Shown: one piece after another, positions 14,715 through 23,699 of the stretch | How positions within the stretch are numbered: the stretch's first letter is position 1 | Layout: each line of letters opens with the position of its first letter | DNA from: a virus | Reading direction: 5' to 3' (one strand) | IMG/VR virus record: IMGVR_UViG_3300045988_153030 | DNA length: 33,942 bases | Notes under the pieces: model-generated | The model's database searches: none | Told to the model about the DNA's origin: nothing | What the model saw: the letters and a program-made list of their open reading frames with translations, nothing else | Translations under genes and position numbers: made by a program

Positions 14715-17700
14715 GACGGACAATCAGACTATACATCGGCGATGTAGAGGCCGATCTCTCGACCGACTCGCTGGTGCAGATGAACTACAAGGCCGACGAC
14801 CTGAACAACCCGGCCGTCGTCAAGAACAGCTACTCCCAGCAGGTGACACTGCCGTCGACGCGCAACAACGATGCGATCTTCGGCATGATGTTCCGGGCCG
14901 ACCGGAGGACCACATCCGGAAACGGCGGCACCGGCACGGATTTCAGCCCGCTGGTCCGCACTCCGTTCTCGATATACAGCGAGGCCGGAGAACTGCTGGA
15001 ATCCGGATACATGAAGCTCGACAGCGTGACCAACAAGAACGGAAGAGTGTCGTATGGCGTCACGCTCTACGGCGGCCTCGGGTCGTTCTTCTACACGCTG
15101 TCGTATGACGACGAAGGCAATGAGCTCACGTTGGCCGACCTCCCGCTGTTGAGCGACGACCCGGAGGACAAGATCGAGTTCACGATCAACAAGGAGACCG
15201 TGGCCGAGGCGTGGGCCGCACTCCGGGCCGGAACTGCCGGACCGTGGCAGGTCGTGAATTTCGCACCGGCATACAACGGACTGCCGGAGGGTGATTTCAG
15301 TGCCGATGTGGGTGTCGGCAACCCCGCGAATGTCGGGGGAGTCGTATCGTATCCGGAAGGCGGCAATGTATATCGTCCGATCAACAACAACAACGCCCTC
15401 TACGATCTGGGCGAGGAGTTCACGGAGTGGCAGACAAAGGACCTGCGGAGCTACCTGCAGCGACCCGTGTTTTCGGTGAAGGGCATGATCGCCGCCATCG
15501 GCCGTTACGCCGCATCGAAAGGATTCACGCTGAATCTCGATAGCACATTCTTCAATTCTGCGAACGAGGCCTACGAGAAAGCGTGGGTAACGCTTCCATT
15601 GCTGACTACATACGAGCGGGATGGGGAGGAGGGAAAGATCACATTATCAGGGAACGCCTTCACCGATGATGTGAACGTTGGACGTTACGGAATACCTGTA
15701 ATCGGGAAACTGTCACCTTACCCAACCACACCGGATGCGCGTGTGACGGTTACTTGTACGATTCACCCCGCTATCGCCATGACCACGGAGACGCTCAAGC
15801 AGAATAAGTTCTGGATAAACCGCGGTCTTCCGGCGTATGCTACCGGCGTTGAGGGAACGGCCATATTCGTACAATTATTATTGTACGACACATACGCGCG
15901 GGTCACTTCCGGAAGTCCGCTTCAAGTGTTCATGACGCAGCCTGTGTCAGGCACATTCACTGCGCAGGATCTGGCAGACATATCTGGTGTTCCTTACGAA
16001 AAGAGTTTCGGCGTAGCTCCCGACATACACTATGAAGAGTTGCCATACTACGGTAAAGCTAATTTCGGGCTGACGGAGATGTATTGGTGGCGAATGGTAT
16101 CCGGCGTGAGTCTCGAAGCAATCGGAACCCGTGTGTCGCGCGCTGTAGTGAACGTATACGCGGCCGTCCTAAACAAGATATTGGCGGAGGGATTCACCGT
16201 CTATCCGCGATATGAATTTCAGGCCTACGCATTGAGTCTCGACGGATCGGTAGCCCATCGGCAGAATATCAATGCGTGGGGGGCCTTCGTTACCGATGCC
16301 GTCGCCACTTATGATGCCACGTCTGGATACCGAAGCGACTCGAAGATCACGCAATCCATCATGCTGTCCGATACGATGACCCCGGCGGAATTCCTGCTGT
16401 CGTACTCCAAGACTTTCGGGCTGTCCTACACCTACGACAAAGGATCGAAGACCGTATCGCTGCTGACCCGCAATTCGCTCTACACCGACGATGTTGTGGA
16501 CATCGAGGATCGCATCGACCGGTCGAAGGACATCAAGACCACGCCGCTGGTTTCCGAATCGAAGTGGCTCTCCTTCGCTCCGGGCAAGGCCGAAGGGGAT
16601 TTCGTCGAGTTCTACCGCAAGAAGTATGGCCGGGAGTATGGCGACCAGAAGGTGAACACGGGCTACGATTTCAATGCCGACACCAACGACGTGCTCGAAA
16701 GCGTGGAGTTCACCGGCGGCGCCGAAGTACTGGAGAAGTCGATCTACTACAACAACATCACCAGCGGACCGAATGGGCCTTCGGGGCTTAATGGCCGAAC
16801 GCGCATCTGCTCGACGTTCCTCAATGGGGCGGCGTCCTACAAACTCTATTTGAACGGCTTTGACAAGGACGACAGCGTGGACCTCGAAGGCATCACACCG
16901 GATGCTACGGCGACAATCACGCCGTTCAACGTCCCGCTTCCGGCCTACGACATCATCCCGAAGCTGCAATGCCACACGGACGACGGAAGTGCCACCGACG
17001 GCAAAGGCATCCTGCTCTTCTTGCGGGGCAGTATCGCGGATGACGAGGCTGCGGCAACAGCCTACGCCCGATTCATCATATCCGATGATTCAAGCGCGAT
17101 GGAGAATCTCAACGGCGGCCCCTGCTGGGAGCTGTCGAACGGAATCGCCGCAAGCGATATGCCGATATTCGGGCGCCATTGGTTGAACGGCAACGAGATT
17201 GTGCAGACGATGGATTTCGGCATCCCGGCCGAGATTGACATCCCCAATCTGTCCGTGAACTCGGAAGCCTCGATCTACACCCGCTACTGGCAGAAATACA
17301 TCGAGGATATGTATAACGTCGACACGCGGATCTGCTCGGCATACGTCGACTTTCGAGGCATCCAGGTAGGTGAGGAGCTGCTTCGCAAATTCTTCTTCTT
17401 CGACGGGGCTATCTGGCGGATGAACGGCATATCGAACTACTCGCTGACGACCGTCGGCACGACACAATGCGAGTTCGTGAAGGTGATGGATATGAAGGCC
17501 TACACCAATGGACAGAATGTTCCGTATGATATTGGGCTTCAACTTACCACCGACGGCACAGATCTGTACGTGCAAACATCCAGGCCGCTGAAGGGCGGAG
17601 AGCGAATCGCTATTTTGACGCGAGGGTGCGGCAGGTTTAGTCTACCTCCGAAAAATGGAGCCAAACGTGTCCATAGACGTTCCAAGCGTAGATGGCACAT

Positions 17701-18016
17701 ACCAAACAATAATTTCTCCGTGTCTGAAAACGGGAAAATAACGGTTCCTGCTCCCGGCCTGACAAACACCTATCGGTGGAGAATAGATACGAACGTGAAA
17801 ACAGGGCTTCGATATCTGCACATATCCAAAGCCAATTGGTCTAGGGGATTCGGCTACAAGATCACTGGAGATATGGATCGTGTCGTCACTTTTGCGGTAG
17901 CAGTGGTAACCGGAAAATACACCGAGGCAAAGGAGGTTTCAAACCGTTGCTACTTCGAATCAAGGGCTCACATAAGGGGCGATGAACTTACCCAGGAGTT
18001 CGTTGTGTCAAAATAA
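14711..18016 (+). CDS. large tail / host-recognition protein (1101 aa)
   Basis: ATG at 14711 (MRRTIRLYIGDVEADL...) overlaps the previous stop. The C-terminal 500 nt are visibly lower in GC. Confidence 0.55.
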   Translation: MRRTIRLYIGDVEADLSTDSLVQMNYKADDLNNPAVVKNSYSQQVTLPSTRNNDAIFGMMFRADRRTTSGNGGTGTDFSPLVRTPFSIYSEAGELLESGYMKLDSVTNKNGRVSYGVTLYGGLGSFFYTLSYDDEGNELTLADLPLLSDDPEDKIEFTINKETVAEAWAALRAGTAGPWQVVNFAPAYNGLPEGDFSADVGVGNPANVGGVVSYPEGGNVYRPINNNNALYDLGEEFTEWQTKDLRSYLQRPVFSVKGMIAAIGRYAASKGFTLNLDSTFFNSANEAYEKAWVTLPLLTTYERDGEEGKITLSGNAFTDDVNVGRYGIPVIGKLSPYPTTPDARVTVTCTIHPAIAMTTETLKQNKFWINRGLPAYATGVEGTAIFVQLLLYDTYARVTSGSPLQVFMTQPVSGTFTAQDLADISGVPYEKSFGVAPDIHYEELPYYGKANFGLTEMYWWRMVSGVSLEAIGTRVSRAVVNVYAAVLNKILAEGFTVYPRYEFQAYALSLDGSVAHRQNINAWGAFVTDAVATYDATSGYRSDSKITQSIMLSDTMTPAEFLLSYSKTFGLSYTYDKGSKTVSLLTRNSLYTDDVVDIEDRIDRSKDIKTTPLVSESKWLSFAPGKAEGDFVEFYRKKYGREYGDQKVNTGYDFNADTNDVLESVEFTGGAEVLEKSIYYNNITSGPNGPSGLNGRTRICSTFLNGAASYKLYLNGFDKDDSVDLEGITPDATATITPFNVPLPAYDIIPKLQCHTDDGSATDGKGILLFLRGSIADDEAAATAYARFIISDDSSAMENLNGGPCWELSNGIAASDMPIFGRHWLNGNEIVQTMDFGIPAEIDIPNLSVNSEASIYTRYWQKYIEDMYNVDTRICSAYVDFRGIQVGEELLRKFFFFDGAIWRMNGISNYSLTTVGTTQCEFVKVMDMKAYTNGQNVPYDIGLQLTTDGTDLYVQTSRPLKGGERIAILTRGCGRFSLPPKNGAKRVHRRSKRRWHIPNNNFSVSENGKITVPAPGLTNTYRWRIDTNVKTGLRYLHISKANWSRGFGYKITGDMDRVVTFAVAVVTGKYTEAKEVSNRCYFESRAHIRGDELTQEFVVSK

Positions 18017-18068
18017 AAGCCTCATCCCACCGAAGTGAAACAAGGCTAGCCGTTTGGTCACAGCTCCA

Positions 18069-18095
18069 AGCCAAAAGCAAAGATAGACATTTTTC
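18069..18095 (+). promoter_or_regulatory. conserved upstream motif, copy B (AGCCAAAAGCAAAGATAGACATTTTTC)
   Basis: Ends 16 nt before the ATG at 18112. Matches 9969-9994 apart from one inserted G and two substitutions. Confidence 0.35.
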
Positions 18096-18111
18096 GTAAA
18101 AATCCAAAAAA

Positions 18112-20310
18112 ATGGCAGAAGATATCAAACGAGTGATCGAGGTGGATGCGACATCCAGCTCGAAGACCATCCGGGAACTCCGCGAGGAGATCGAGAAACT
18201 GAAAAAGACCCTCTCCGAGTTGACGGCCGGCACCAAGGAGTTTGCCGATGTGCAGGCCCGAATGTCGCAGGCGCAGGAAGAGGTCAACCAGGCGATGGAG
18301 ATCAGCGCCAAGGACGAGGATGCGCAGGTCAAGAGTATGCAGGAGCTGCGAGCGATCATCGACGAAAACACGGGGTCGTTCGGCTTCCTTGTGGCCCGTA
18401 TGCAGGAGTTGAAGGCAGGCATCGACGCTACCAATGCCCGGATCAAGCAGATCACCAAAGACTACGACGAGGGCCGGATGGCCGTCGACGACTACAACCA
18501 GGAGTTGCAGGAGAACCTGGAAGAGTTGCAGAAGCTCCGCACGGAGCAGGGCGATGTCCGCTCCTCGCTGAACGCCTCGACAAAGGCCTTGCTCTCTGCC
18601 AAAGGTTCCTACGTCGAGATGTCGCAGACGCTGGGCCAGCTCCGCAATGCCTATCGCCAGTTGAGCAAGGAGCAGCGGGATGGCGCCGTCGGCACCGAAA
18701 TGCTGGGGCAGATCAAACTGCTCGATGCGGAGTTGAAGGAGGTAGACGCCTCGATGGGTAACTTCCAGCGTAACGTCGGCGGATACGAAGAGGCCCTGAA
18801 GCAGGTGCTGCCTCCGCAGGCCGGGCTGATTGTCGACCTCGGAAAGTTGAGCGTCGAGGGCGGTGGTATTCCGTCGCTGTTCACCGGCATGAAGAACAGC
18901 ATCGTCGGCATGACGAAGGCAGCCATTGCCTTCATAGCTACGCCACTGGGTGCAACGCTTACGGCATTGGCTGCAGCCGGCGCTGCGGCGTTCGCTCTGT
19001 TCAACGCTCGCAACAAGGAGATAGAGAAACAGGCCGAAGCAAGTGCAGAGGCGTTGGAGAAGCAGAAGCAGCAGATGGAGCGCTTCGACGTCGAAATATC
19101 CCGAGAAGTTGAGCTGCTGAGAGCCGATGGCAAAGAGCAAGAGGCGAATGCGTTGGCTCGCAGATCGGTTACCGATGCGATGAACAAGGCACAGCAGGCT
19201 GTGGATGAATATCGCGAGAAGTACAATCAGATGTCCGCCAAGGAGCAAAAGGCGAATGCTGAAACTTTGAAGGGGTACGAAGACGCCTTGCAGGCCCGAA
19301 TCGACGCGTGGGAGGAGGTAATCCACGAGGATGAAGCACGCCGCAGAACGGAGTTGCGAGAGGAACGCGAGCAGAGCGAGAAGCTGAAAGAGGAATGGGC
19401 AAAGGCCGCCGCCGAGAAGCAGCGCATCGCCGAAGAGACGAACGCCGCCATTCGTGAAGCCAACGCCGCCTTCCGGGACGAAACGGCCCTGATGCAGGCC
19501 GAGCAGGGCGCCGGCACGCAGAGCGGGGATCTTGCCCTGGCGCAAGAGCAGTTTCGCCAGGAGCTGGCCGCCTTCGAGGCGATGGTCGACGAGAAGCAGA
19601 TCACCGAGGAGCTGGCGATGGAACGTCGCAAACTGATGCTCGAACAATACGGGCAGGAGATCGCTGACATACAGGCCAGGTATCTGAAACAGGAGAACGA
19701 CCAGCTTCTCAAAGCCCTAGACAAGGAGATGGCTGCCGAGTTCGAAGCCGACAAGAAACGGCTTGCCGCAACGAAAAAAAGCAACGATAATCGGGAACGT
19801 TTGGCGGTTGAGGCATACAAGAACAGAAAGCAGTTGGCCAATCAAACGGCGGCACTTCTTCAAACATCCGCCCAACTTGTTGGAGAGAGTACGGCTGCAG
19901 GGAAAGCTGCGGCCATAGCCGCTACAACCATCAACACCTGGGCCAGTGCCGAAGAGGCCTATCGTGCGGCCTTCAATCCCGGTGGGATATGGTCCCCGGC
20001 TCTCGGTGCCGTATATATGGCAAGTGCGATAGCGACCGGATTAATGAATCTGAAAAACATCATGGCCGTGAATACCTCTTCGAGTTCCGGATCGGGAGTG
20101 TCTTCGGCTACTCCTACGGTCAGCACTCCGGCAATCGTCACGCCTCCGGCCGTGGTGCAGGAGGTTGAAACGGTTCGCTCGCTCACCGGTGCCAGCGAGG
20201 AGGAACGGCTCAATCAGATGGCCAGCGACCAGCGTGTCTACCTGGTCTATTCGGACGTCGAGCAGGCCGGGAAGCGGGTGCAGGTCCAGCAGTCGGAGAC
20301 GAGTTTCTGA
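18112..20310 (+). CDS. tape-measure-like coiled-coil protein with hydrophobic segments
   Basis: 732 aa. Long E/K/A/Q-rich helical stretches, hydrophobic block IAFIATPLGATLTALAAAGAAAFALF, and a C-terminal Ala/Gly-rich region. Confidence 0.5.
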   Translation: MAEDIKRVIEVDATSSSKTIRELREEIEKLKKTLSELTAGTKEFADVQARMSQAQEEVNQAMEISAKDEDAQVKSMQELRAIIDENTGSFGFLVARMQELKAGIDATNARIKQITKDYDEGRMAVDDYNQELQENLEELQKLRTEQGDVRSSLNASTKALLSAKGSYVEMSQTLGQLRNAYRQLSKEQRDGAVGTEMLGQIKLLDAELKEVDASMGNFQRNVGGYEEALKQVLPPQAGLIVDLGKLSVEGGGIPSLFTGMKNSIVGMTKAAIAFIATPLGATLTALAAAGAAAFALFNARNKEIEKQAEASAEALEKQKQQMERFDVEISREVELLRADGKEQEANALARRSVTDAMNKAQQAVDEYREKYNQMSAKEQKANAETLKGYEDALQARIDAWEEVIHEDEARRRTELREEREQSEKLKEEWAKAAAEKQRIAEETNAAIREANAAFRDETALMQAEQGAGTQSGDLALAQEQFRQELAAFEAMVDEKQITEELAMERRKLMLEQYGQEIADIQARYLKQENDQLLKALDKEMAAEFEADKKRLAATKKSNDNRERLAVEAYKNRKQLANQTAALLQTSAQLVGESTAAGKAAAIAATTINTWASAEEAYRAAFNPGGIWSPALGAVYMASAIATGLMNLKNIMAVNTSSSSGSGVSSATPTVSTPAIVTPPAVVQEVETVRSLTGASEEERLNQMASDQRVYLVYSDVEQAGKRVQVQQSETSF

Positions 20311-20330
20311 CAGCCCGCATCACGGGTCAA

Positions 20331-20357
20331 GGTCGCAGGCAACTGCGGCCTTTTTTT
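20331..20357 (+). terminator. strong intrinsic terminator
   Basis: GGTCGCAG (20331-20338), loop GCAA, CTGCGGCC (20343-20350), giving 8 bp including one G-T pair, then T7 at 20351-20357. Confidence 0.8.
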
Positions 20358-20364
20358 GTGCCAT

Positions 20365-20394
20365 TTTGGACGGAAAACGGGCAATGAATATTTC
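20365..20394 (+). promoter_or_regulatory. weak Bacteroidota-like promoter candidate for the head module
   Basis: TTTG at 20365-20368, an 18-nt spacer, then AATATTTC at 20387-20394, which has two mismatches to TAnnTTTG. A similar TATATTTC lies at 13727-13734 upstream of 13752. Confidence 0.25.
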
Positions 20395-20402
20395 CCGGTA
20401 GA

Positions 20403-21509
20403 ATGGCAACTTTGAATCGAAATATTCCCTTCTACTGGGCAGAATTGAGCGACAACGAGGATGGCATGGTGTGCGTCTCTCTCGTCGACAACCCGGCGGT
20501 AGATCGTGACTTCATGGCATTCTCCGCCGAGAAGAAGATCCCCGTGTGCGCAATCTCAAACGAGGAGAAACGTCTCGTGCGCGGTGTTCTCATGCGTGCC
20601 GACTTCCCGATCTATCGCGTAGCTCCCACCGGCGAGGAGTTCTACATCATCTTCTCGGCCCACACTATTCGCCGCATGACCGAACGGTTTCTCGAACAGG
20701 GCAACCAGGGCAACGTCAACACAATGCACGCCCCCGGGTCCGACGTCGAGGGGGTCAATCTCGTGCAGCTTTTCATCAAGGACAAATCGGCCGGCATTGA
20801 CCCGGCGGGCTTCGAGGACGTGGAGGACGGCAGCCTCTTCGGCGAGTACCACGTGGCCAATGATGACGTGTGGGCGGACATCAAGGCCGGGAAGTTCAAA
20901 GGCTTCTCCATCGAGGGAATCTTCTCTGTATCCAATCATCAGTTCAACAAACATCAAATCAACGAAATGGCAAAACTCGAAAAACTCAAGACCCGGCTGG
21001 CGAAGCTCCTGGCCGAGTTCGGCGTCGTATCCACTGACAAAGGCGCGCTCTACTGGGACGGCGACGAGGACCTGAAGGCCGGCGACATGGTGCACAAAGA
21101 GTCCGAAAGCGGTGAGCGCAGCGCGGCTCCCGATGGCCAGTACACCACGGAGGACGGCAAGACCATCACCGTCGTGGATGGCAAGGTGTCGGAGATTGTC
21201 GACCCGAAAGCAGAGGTTGACGGCGCAGACGAAACGCCTCCCGCAGGCGGGGACGGCCTGACGGGCCCGGAAGGCGACCCGTCGCCCGGTGACGCCGAGC
21301 TGCAGGAAATCCGCAAGGAGATCTCCGAGATCCGCGACATGGTCGAAAAGCTCATGGGTGCGATTGAATCTACCAAATCCGACGTGAAGGCCATGAAGCA
21401 GGCTCCGGCCGCTTCGTCGGCGCACGAGGAGTTCAAGAACCTCATCCCCGGGAAGACCGGCGATTCGCGGCTCGATCACCTGGCCGCAGTCGTAGGCGCA
21501 AAAAAGTAA
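20403..21509 (+). CDS. prohead protease (XkdF-like) fused to a scaffold-like C-terminal region
   Basis: N-terminal FYWAELSDNEDGMVCVSLVDNPAV...GFSIEGIF resembles the XkdF/S78-type domain. The C-terminus is acidic, Pro/Gly-rich and then helical. It lies directly upstream of the capsid gene. Confidence 0.55.
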   Translation: MATLNRNIPFYWAELSDNEDGMVCVSLVDNPAVDRDFMAFSAEKKIPVCAISNEEKRLVRGVLMRADFPIYRVAPTGEEFYIIFSAHTIRRMTERFLEQGNQGNVNTMHAPGSDVEGVNLVQLFIKDKSAGIDPAGFEDVEDGSLFGEYHVANDDVWADIKAGKFKGFSIEGIFSVSNHQFNKHQINEMAKLEKLKTRLAKLLAEFGVVSTDKGALYWDGDEDLKAGDMVHKESESGERSAAPDGQYTTEDGKTITVVDGKVSEIVDPKAEVDGADETPPAGGDGLTGPEGDPSPGDAELQEIRKEISEIRDMVEKLMGAIESTKSDVKAMKQAPAASSAHEEFKNLIPGKTGDSRLDHLAAVVGAKK

Positions 21510-21526
21510 CCAAAAACGCAGACAAT

Positions 21527-22453
21527 ATGGCAACGAACAACATCATTGCAACGTCGCTCCCCGAGTATGTGGAGCAGAACAAACTGCCGCTGATCAACAA
21601 GGTTGTGTTCGGCGGCCGCACCATCGGACTGATGGTCAAGCAGACCGGCATCAAGACCTCGGCAGCTATCAACTACCTCGACACTGACCCGACCTTCCAG
21701 GACGGCAAGAATTGCGGATTCACGGCGCAGGGTACTGCTACCATGACCCAGCGCGTGATCAAGACGGGACTGATCAAGGTGAACATGGACTTCTGTCCCG
21801 ACACCCTGCTGGGCAAGTACGCCGAGTACCTCGTGCGCATCGGCGCCACCAGCGAGGAGCTTCCCTTCGAGCAGTACCTGATGGAGAACATCATCAGCCA
21901 CATCAACAACAAGATGGAGATCGCCGTATGGCAGGGCGACACGTCGTCCGGCGACGAGAACCTCAAACGCTTCGACGGCATGCTCAAGATCGCCACGGAC
22001 GAATCGGATGTCGTCGACGTGGCCATCGCCAATGGCACCACGGCCTACGACGCCATCAAGCAGGTTTACATGGCCATCCCCGAGGAGATCATCGAGCGCA
22101 GCGACGTCTACATCTTCGTCTCTCCGGAACTGTTCCGTCAGTTCACGCAGGAGATGGTGGAGAAGAACTACTACCACTACTCCGGCCCGCAGAACGAGAC
22201 GCCCCGCGAGTTCATCTTCCCCGGCACCAACGTCCGCGTAACGAGTACGCTCGGCCTCGCCGGAAAGCAGAACATCCTGGCGACGTACCGCGAGAACATG
22301 TTCTACGGCTGCGACGTCGAGAGCGACAAGGAGGAGATTAAGTTGTGGTTCTCGGACGACGACGACGTCTTCAAGCTGAAGGTCAAGTGGAACGCGGGAC
22401 CGCAGTTCGCATTCCCCGACCGCGTGGTACTCGGAACCATCGCCGAGGAATAA
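21527..22453 (+). CDS. major capsid protein
   Basis: 308-aa ORF after the protease/scaffold gene, followed by a stable hairpin. Composition is typical of HK97-fold capsid proteins. Confidence 0.65.
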   Translation: MATNNIIATSLPEYVEQNKLPLINKVVFGGRTIGLMVKQTGIKTSAAINYLDTDPTFQDGKNCGFTAQGTATMTQRVIKTGLIKVNMDFCPDTLLGKYAEYLVRIGATSEELPFEQYLMENIISHINNKMEIAVWQGDTSSGDENLKRFDGMLKIATDESDVVDVAIANGTTAYDAIKQVYMAIPEEIIERSDVYIFVSPELFRQFTQEMVEKNYYHYSGPQNETPREFIFPGTNVRVTSTLGLAGKQNILATYRENMFYGCDVESDKEEIKLWFSDDDDVFKLKVKWNAGPQFAFPDRVVLGTIAEE

Positions 22454-22460
22454 GAAACCA

Positions 22461-22490
22461 GGTCCGGGCGGGCTTCGGTTCGCTCGGACC
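22461..22490 (+). other. stable stem-loop after the capsid gene (UUCG loop, no U tract)
   Basis: GGTCCGGGCGGGC-TTCG-GTTCGCTCGGACC. The outer GGTCCG/CGGACC stem and the inner stem include G-T wobble pairs. Confidence 0.5.
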
Positions 22491-22505
22491 ATAAACTTCA
22501 AGAAA

Positions 22506-23021
22506 ATGGCATGTTCGCAAACTTTTAACGGAATCCCCTACGATTGCGCCTCGACGATGGGCGGCATCCGTGAGGTATATATCGCCAACTACGACGACGT
22601 CGAGACCGCGACCGCAGATGAGGATCAGATCACCGCCATCACCATGGCCGCGGAAAAGAAGTTCAAGAAGTACCTTTTCCGCAAAGGAACCAGCAGCATG
22701 ACGTCGACGCTCAACGTCGACCAGGCAAACGGCGTGAACTACGTCAGCACAGACCTGGTCATGCTGTTCAGCAAGATGGAAACGGCGAAGCGCATCGAGA
22801 TCAACGCAATGGCCACGGGCGAAATGGCCGTCATCGTCAAGGACAACAACGGCAAATACTGGTTTCTCGGCTATGACGAGCCGGTGATGGCCAGCGCCGG
22901 AGACGGGCAGACCGGGACGGCGGCGTCGGACGCCAACCGGTACAGCATCACATTGCAGGATCAGTCGCTCGCCTTCCCTTACGAGGTGGAGGCATCCGTC
23001 ATCGACACCATCGTCGATTAA
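22506..23021 (+). CDS. abundant structural protein, possibly the major tail protein
   Basis: 171-aa beta-rich ORF flanked by a hairpin upstream and a terminator downstream. The function is a guess from context. Confidence 0.3.
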   Translation: MACSQTFNGIPYDCASTMGGIREVYIANYDDVETATADEDQITAITMAAEKKFKKYLFRKGTSSMTSTLNVDQANGVNYVSTDLVMLFSKMETAKRIEINAMATGEMAVIVKDNNGKYWFLGYDEPVMASAGDGQTGTAASDANRYSITLQDQSLAFPYEVEASVIDTIVD

Positions 23022-23035
23022 CCAACAACCATCCG

Positions 23036-23066
23036 GGGCGCATCGACAACCGGTGCGCCCTTTTTT
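23036..23066 (+). terminator. intrinsic terminator
   Basis: GGGCGCA (23036-23042), an 11-nt loop, TGCGCCC (23054-23060), then T6 at 23061-23066. Confidence 0.75.
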
Positions 23067-23073
23067 CTGAATC

Positions 23074-23376
23074 ATGAAACTGACGCAAGAAGAAATCGCT
23101 ACACTCTCGAAGTGGGAGTTGAATATGCGCACGGCGGTTCGGTCGAAGTATCTCCGGCACGTGGGGCGCATGGCCATTGAGACGATGGTCCCTATCTATG
23201 AGCGGGCGACGGGTTACCGCATTCGCGTGAACACCAACTGCGGGGCCTGTGTTCTTGACTTCCTGCAGCGGATGGGGGCTATCTACTTCGCAGATCTCGA
23301 AGAGATGGAAGCGGCCAAAAACGCACAGCCGGAGACCGCGGCGCCCAAGCGCCGAACGAAAAGGGAAAAGCAATGA
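23074..23376 (+). CDS. hypothetical protein
   Basis: 100-aa ORF with a basic C-terminal tail and ATGA overlap with the next gene. Confidence 0.6.
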   Translation: MKLTQEEIATLSKWELNMRTAVRSKYLRHVGRMAIETMVPIYERATGYRIRVNTNCGACVLDFLQRMGAIYFADLEEMEAAKNAQPETAAPKRRTKREKQ

Positions 23377-23699
23377 TCTACGCCAAGCAGACATCCGACG
23401 TTCAGACGCTCTACATCCCGCGCAACATGTTTATGACGCAGGCCGGGGTGTTCGTCCTATCCGTGAAGAATACGGTGGGGCTCGATCGTATGGGTATCAA
23501 GCCGAATGGTGTTGTGCTCGGCCCGCTGTATTACGAAGTGACCGTATCATTTCCGGATGGCATGACGGAGGGCGAATACGAGTACGAACTCACGCAGGGA
23601 GGGTGTCTGATGGCTTCAGGTCTTATGATTGTGGGCGATTACGACGAGCCGAGATCGGAATTCGCTCAATCAATTCAATTCAAGCAGTATGGCAGATGA
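23373..23699 (+). CDS. hypothetical beta-rich protein
   Basis: 108-aa ORF. Confidence 0.6.
   Translation: MIYAKQTSDVQTLYIPRNMFMTQAGVFVLSVKNTVGLDRMGIKPNGVVLGPLYYEVTVSFPDGMTEGEYEYELTQGGCLMASGLMIVGDYDEPRSEFAQSIQFKQYGR

Noticed and set aside
18058-19647. Long minus-strand ORFs opposite real genes: 18058..19647 (529 aa), 6606..7718, 20556..21533, 21476..22501, 28685..29473 and 3187..3891.
   Set aside because: They lie antisense to genes with clear motifs. They are Arg/Leu/Gly/Val-rich with no motifs, as expected for shadow ORFs in GC-rich coding DNA. The only credible minus-strand gene is the integrase remnant.
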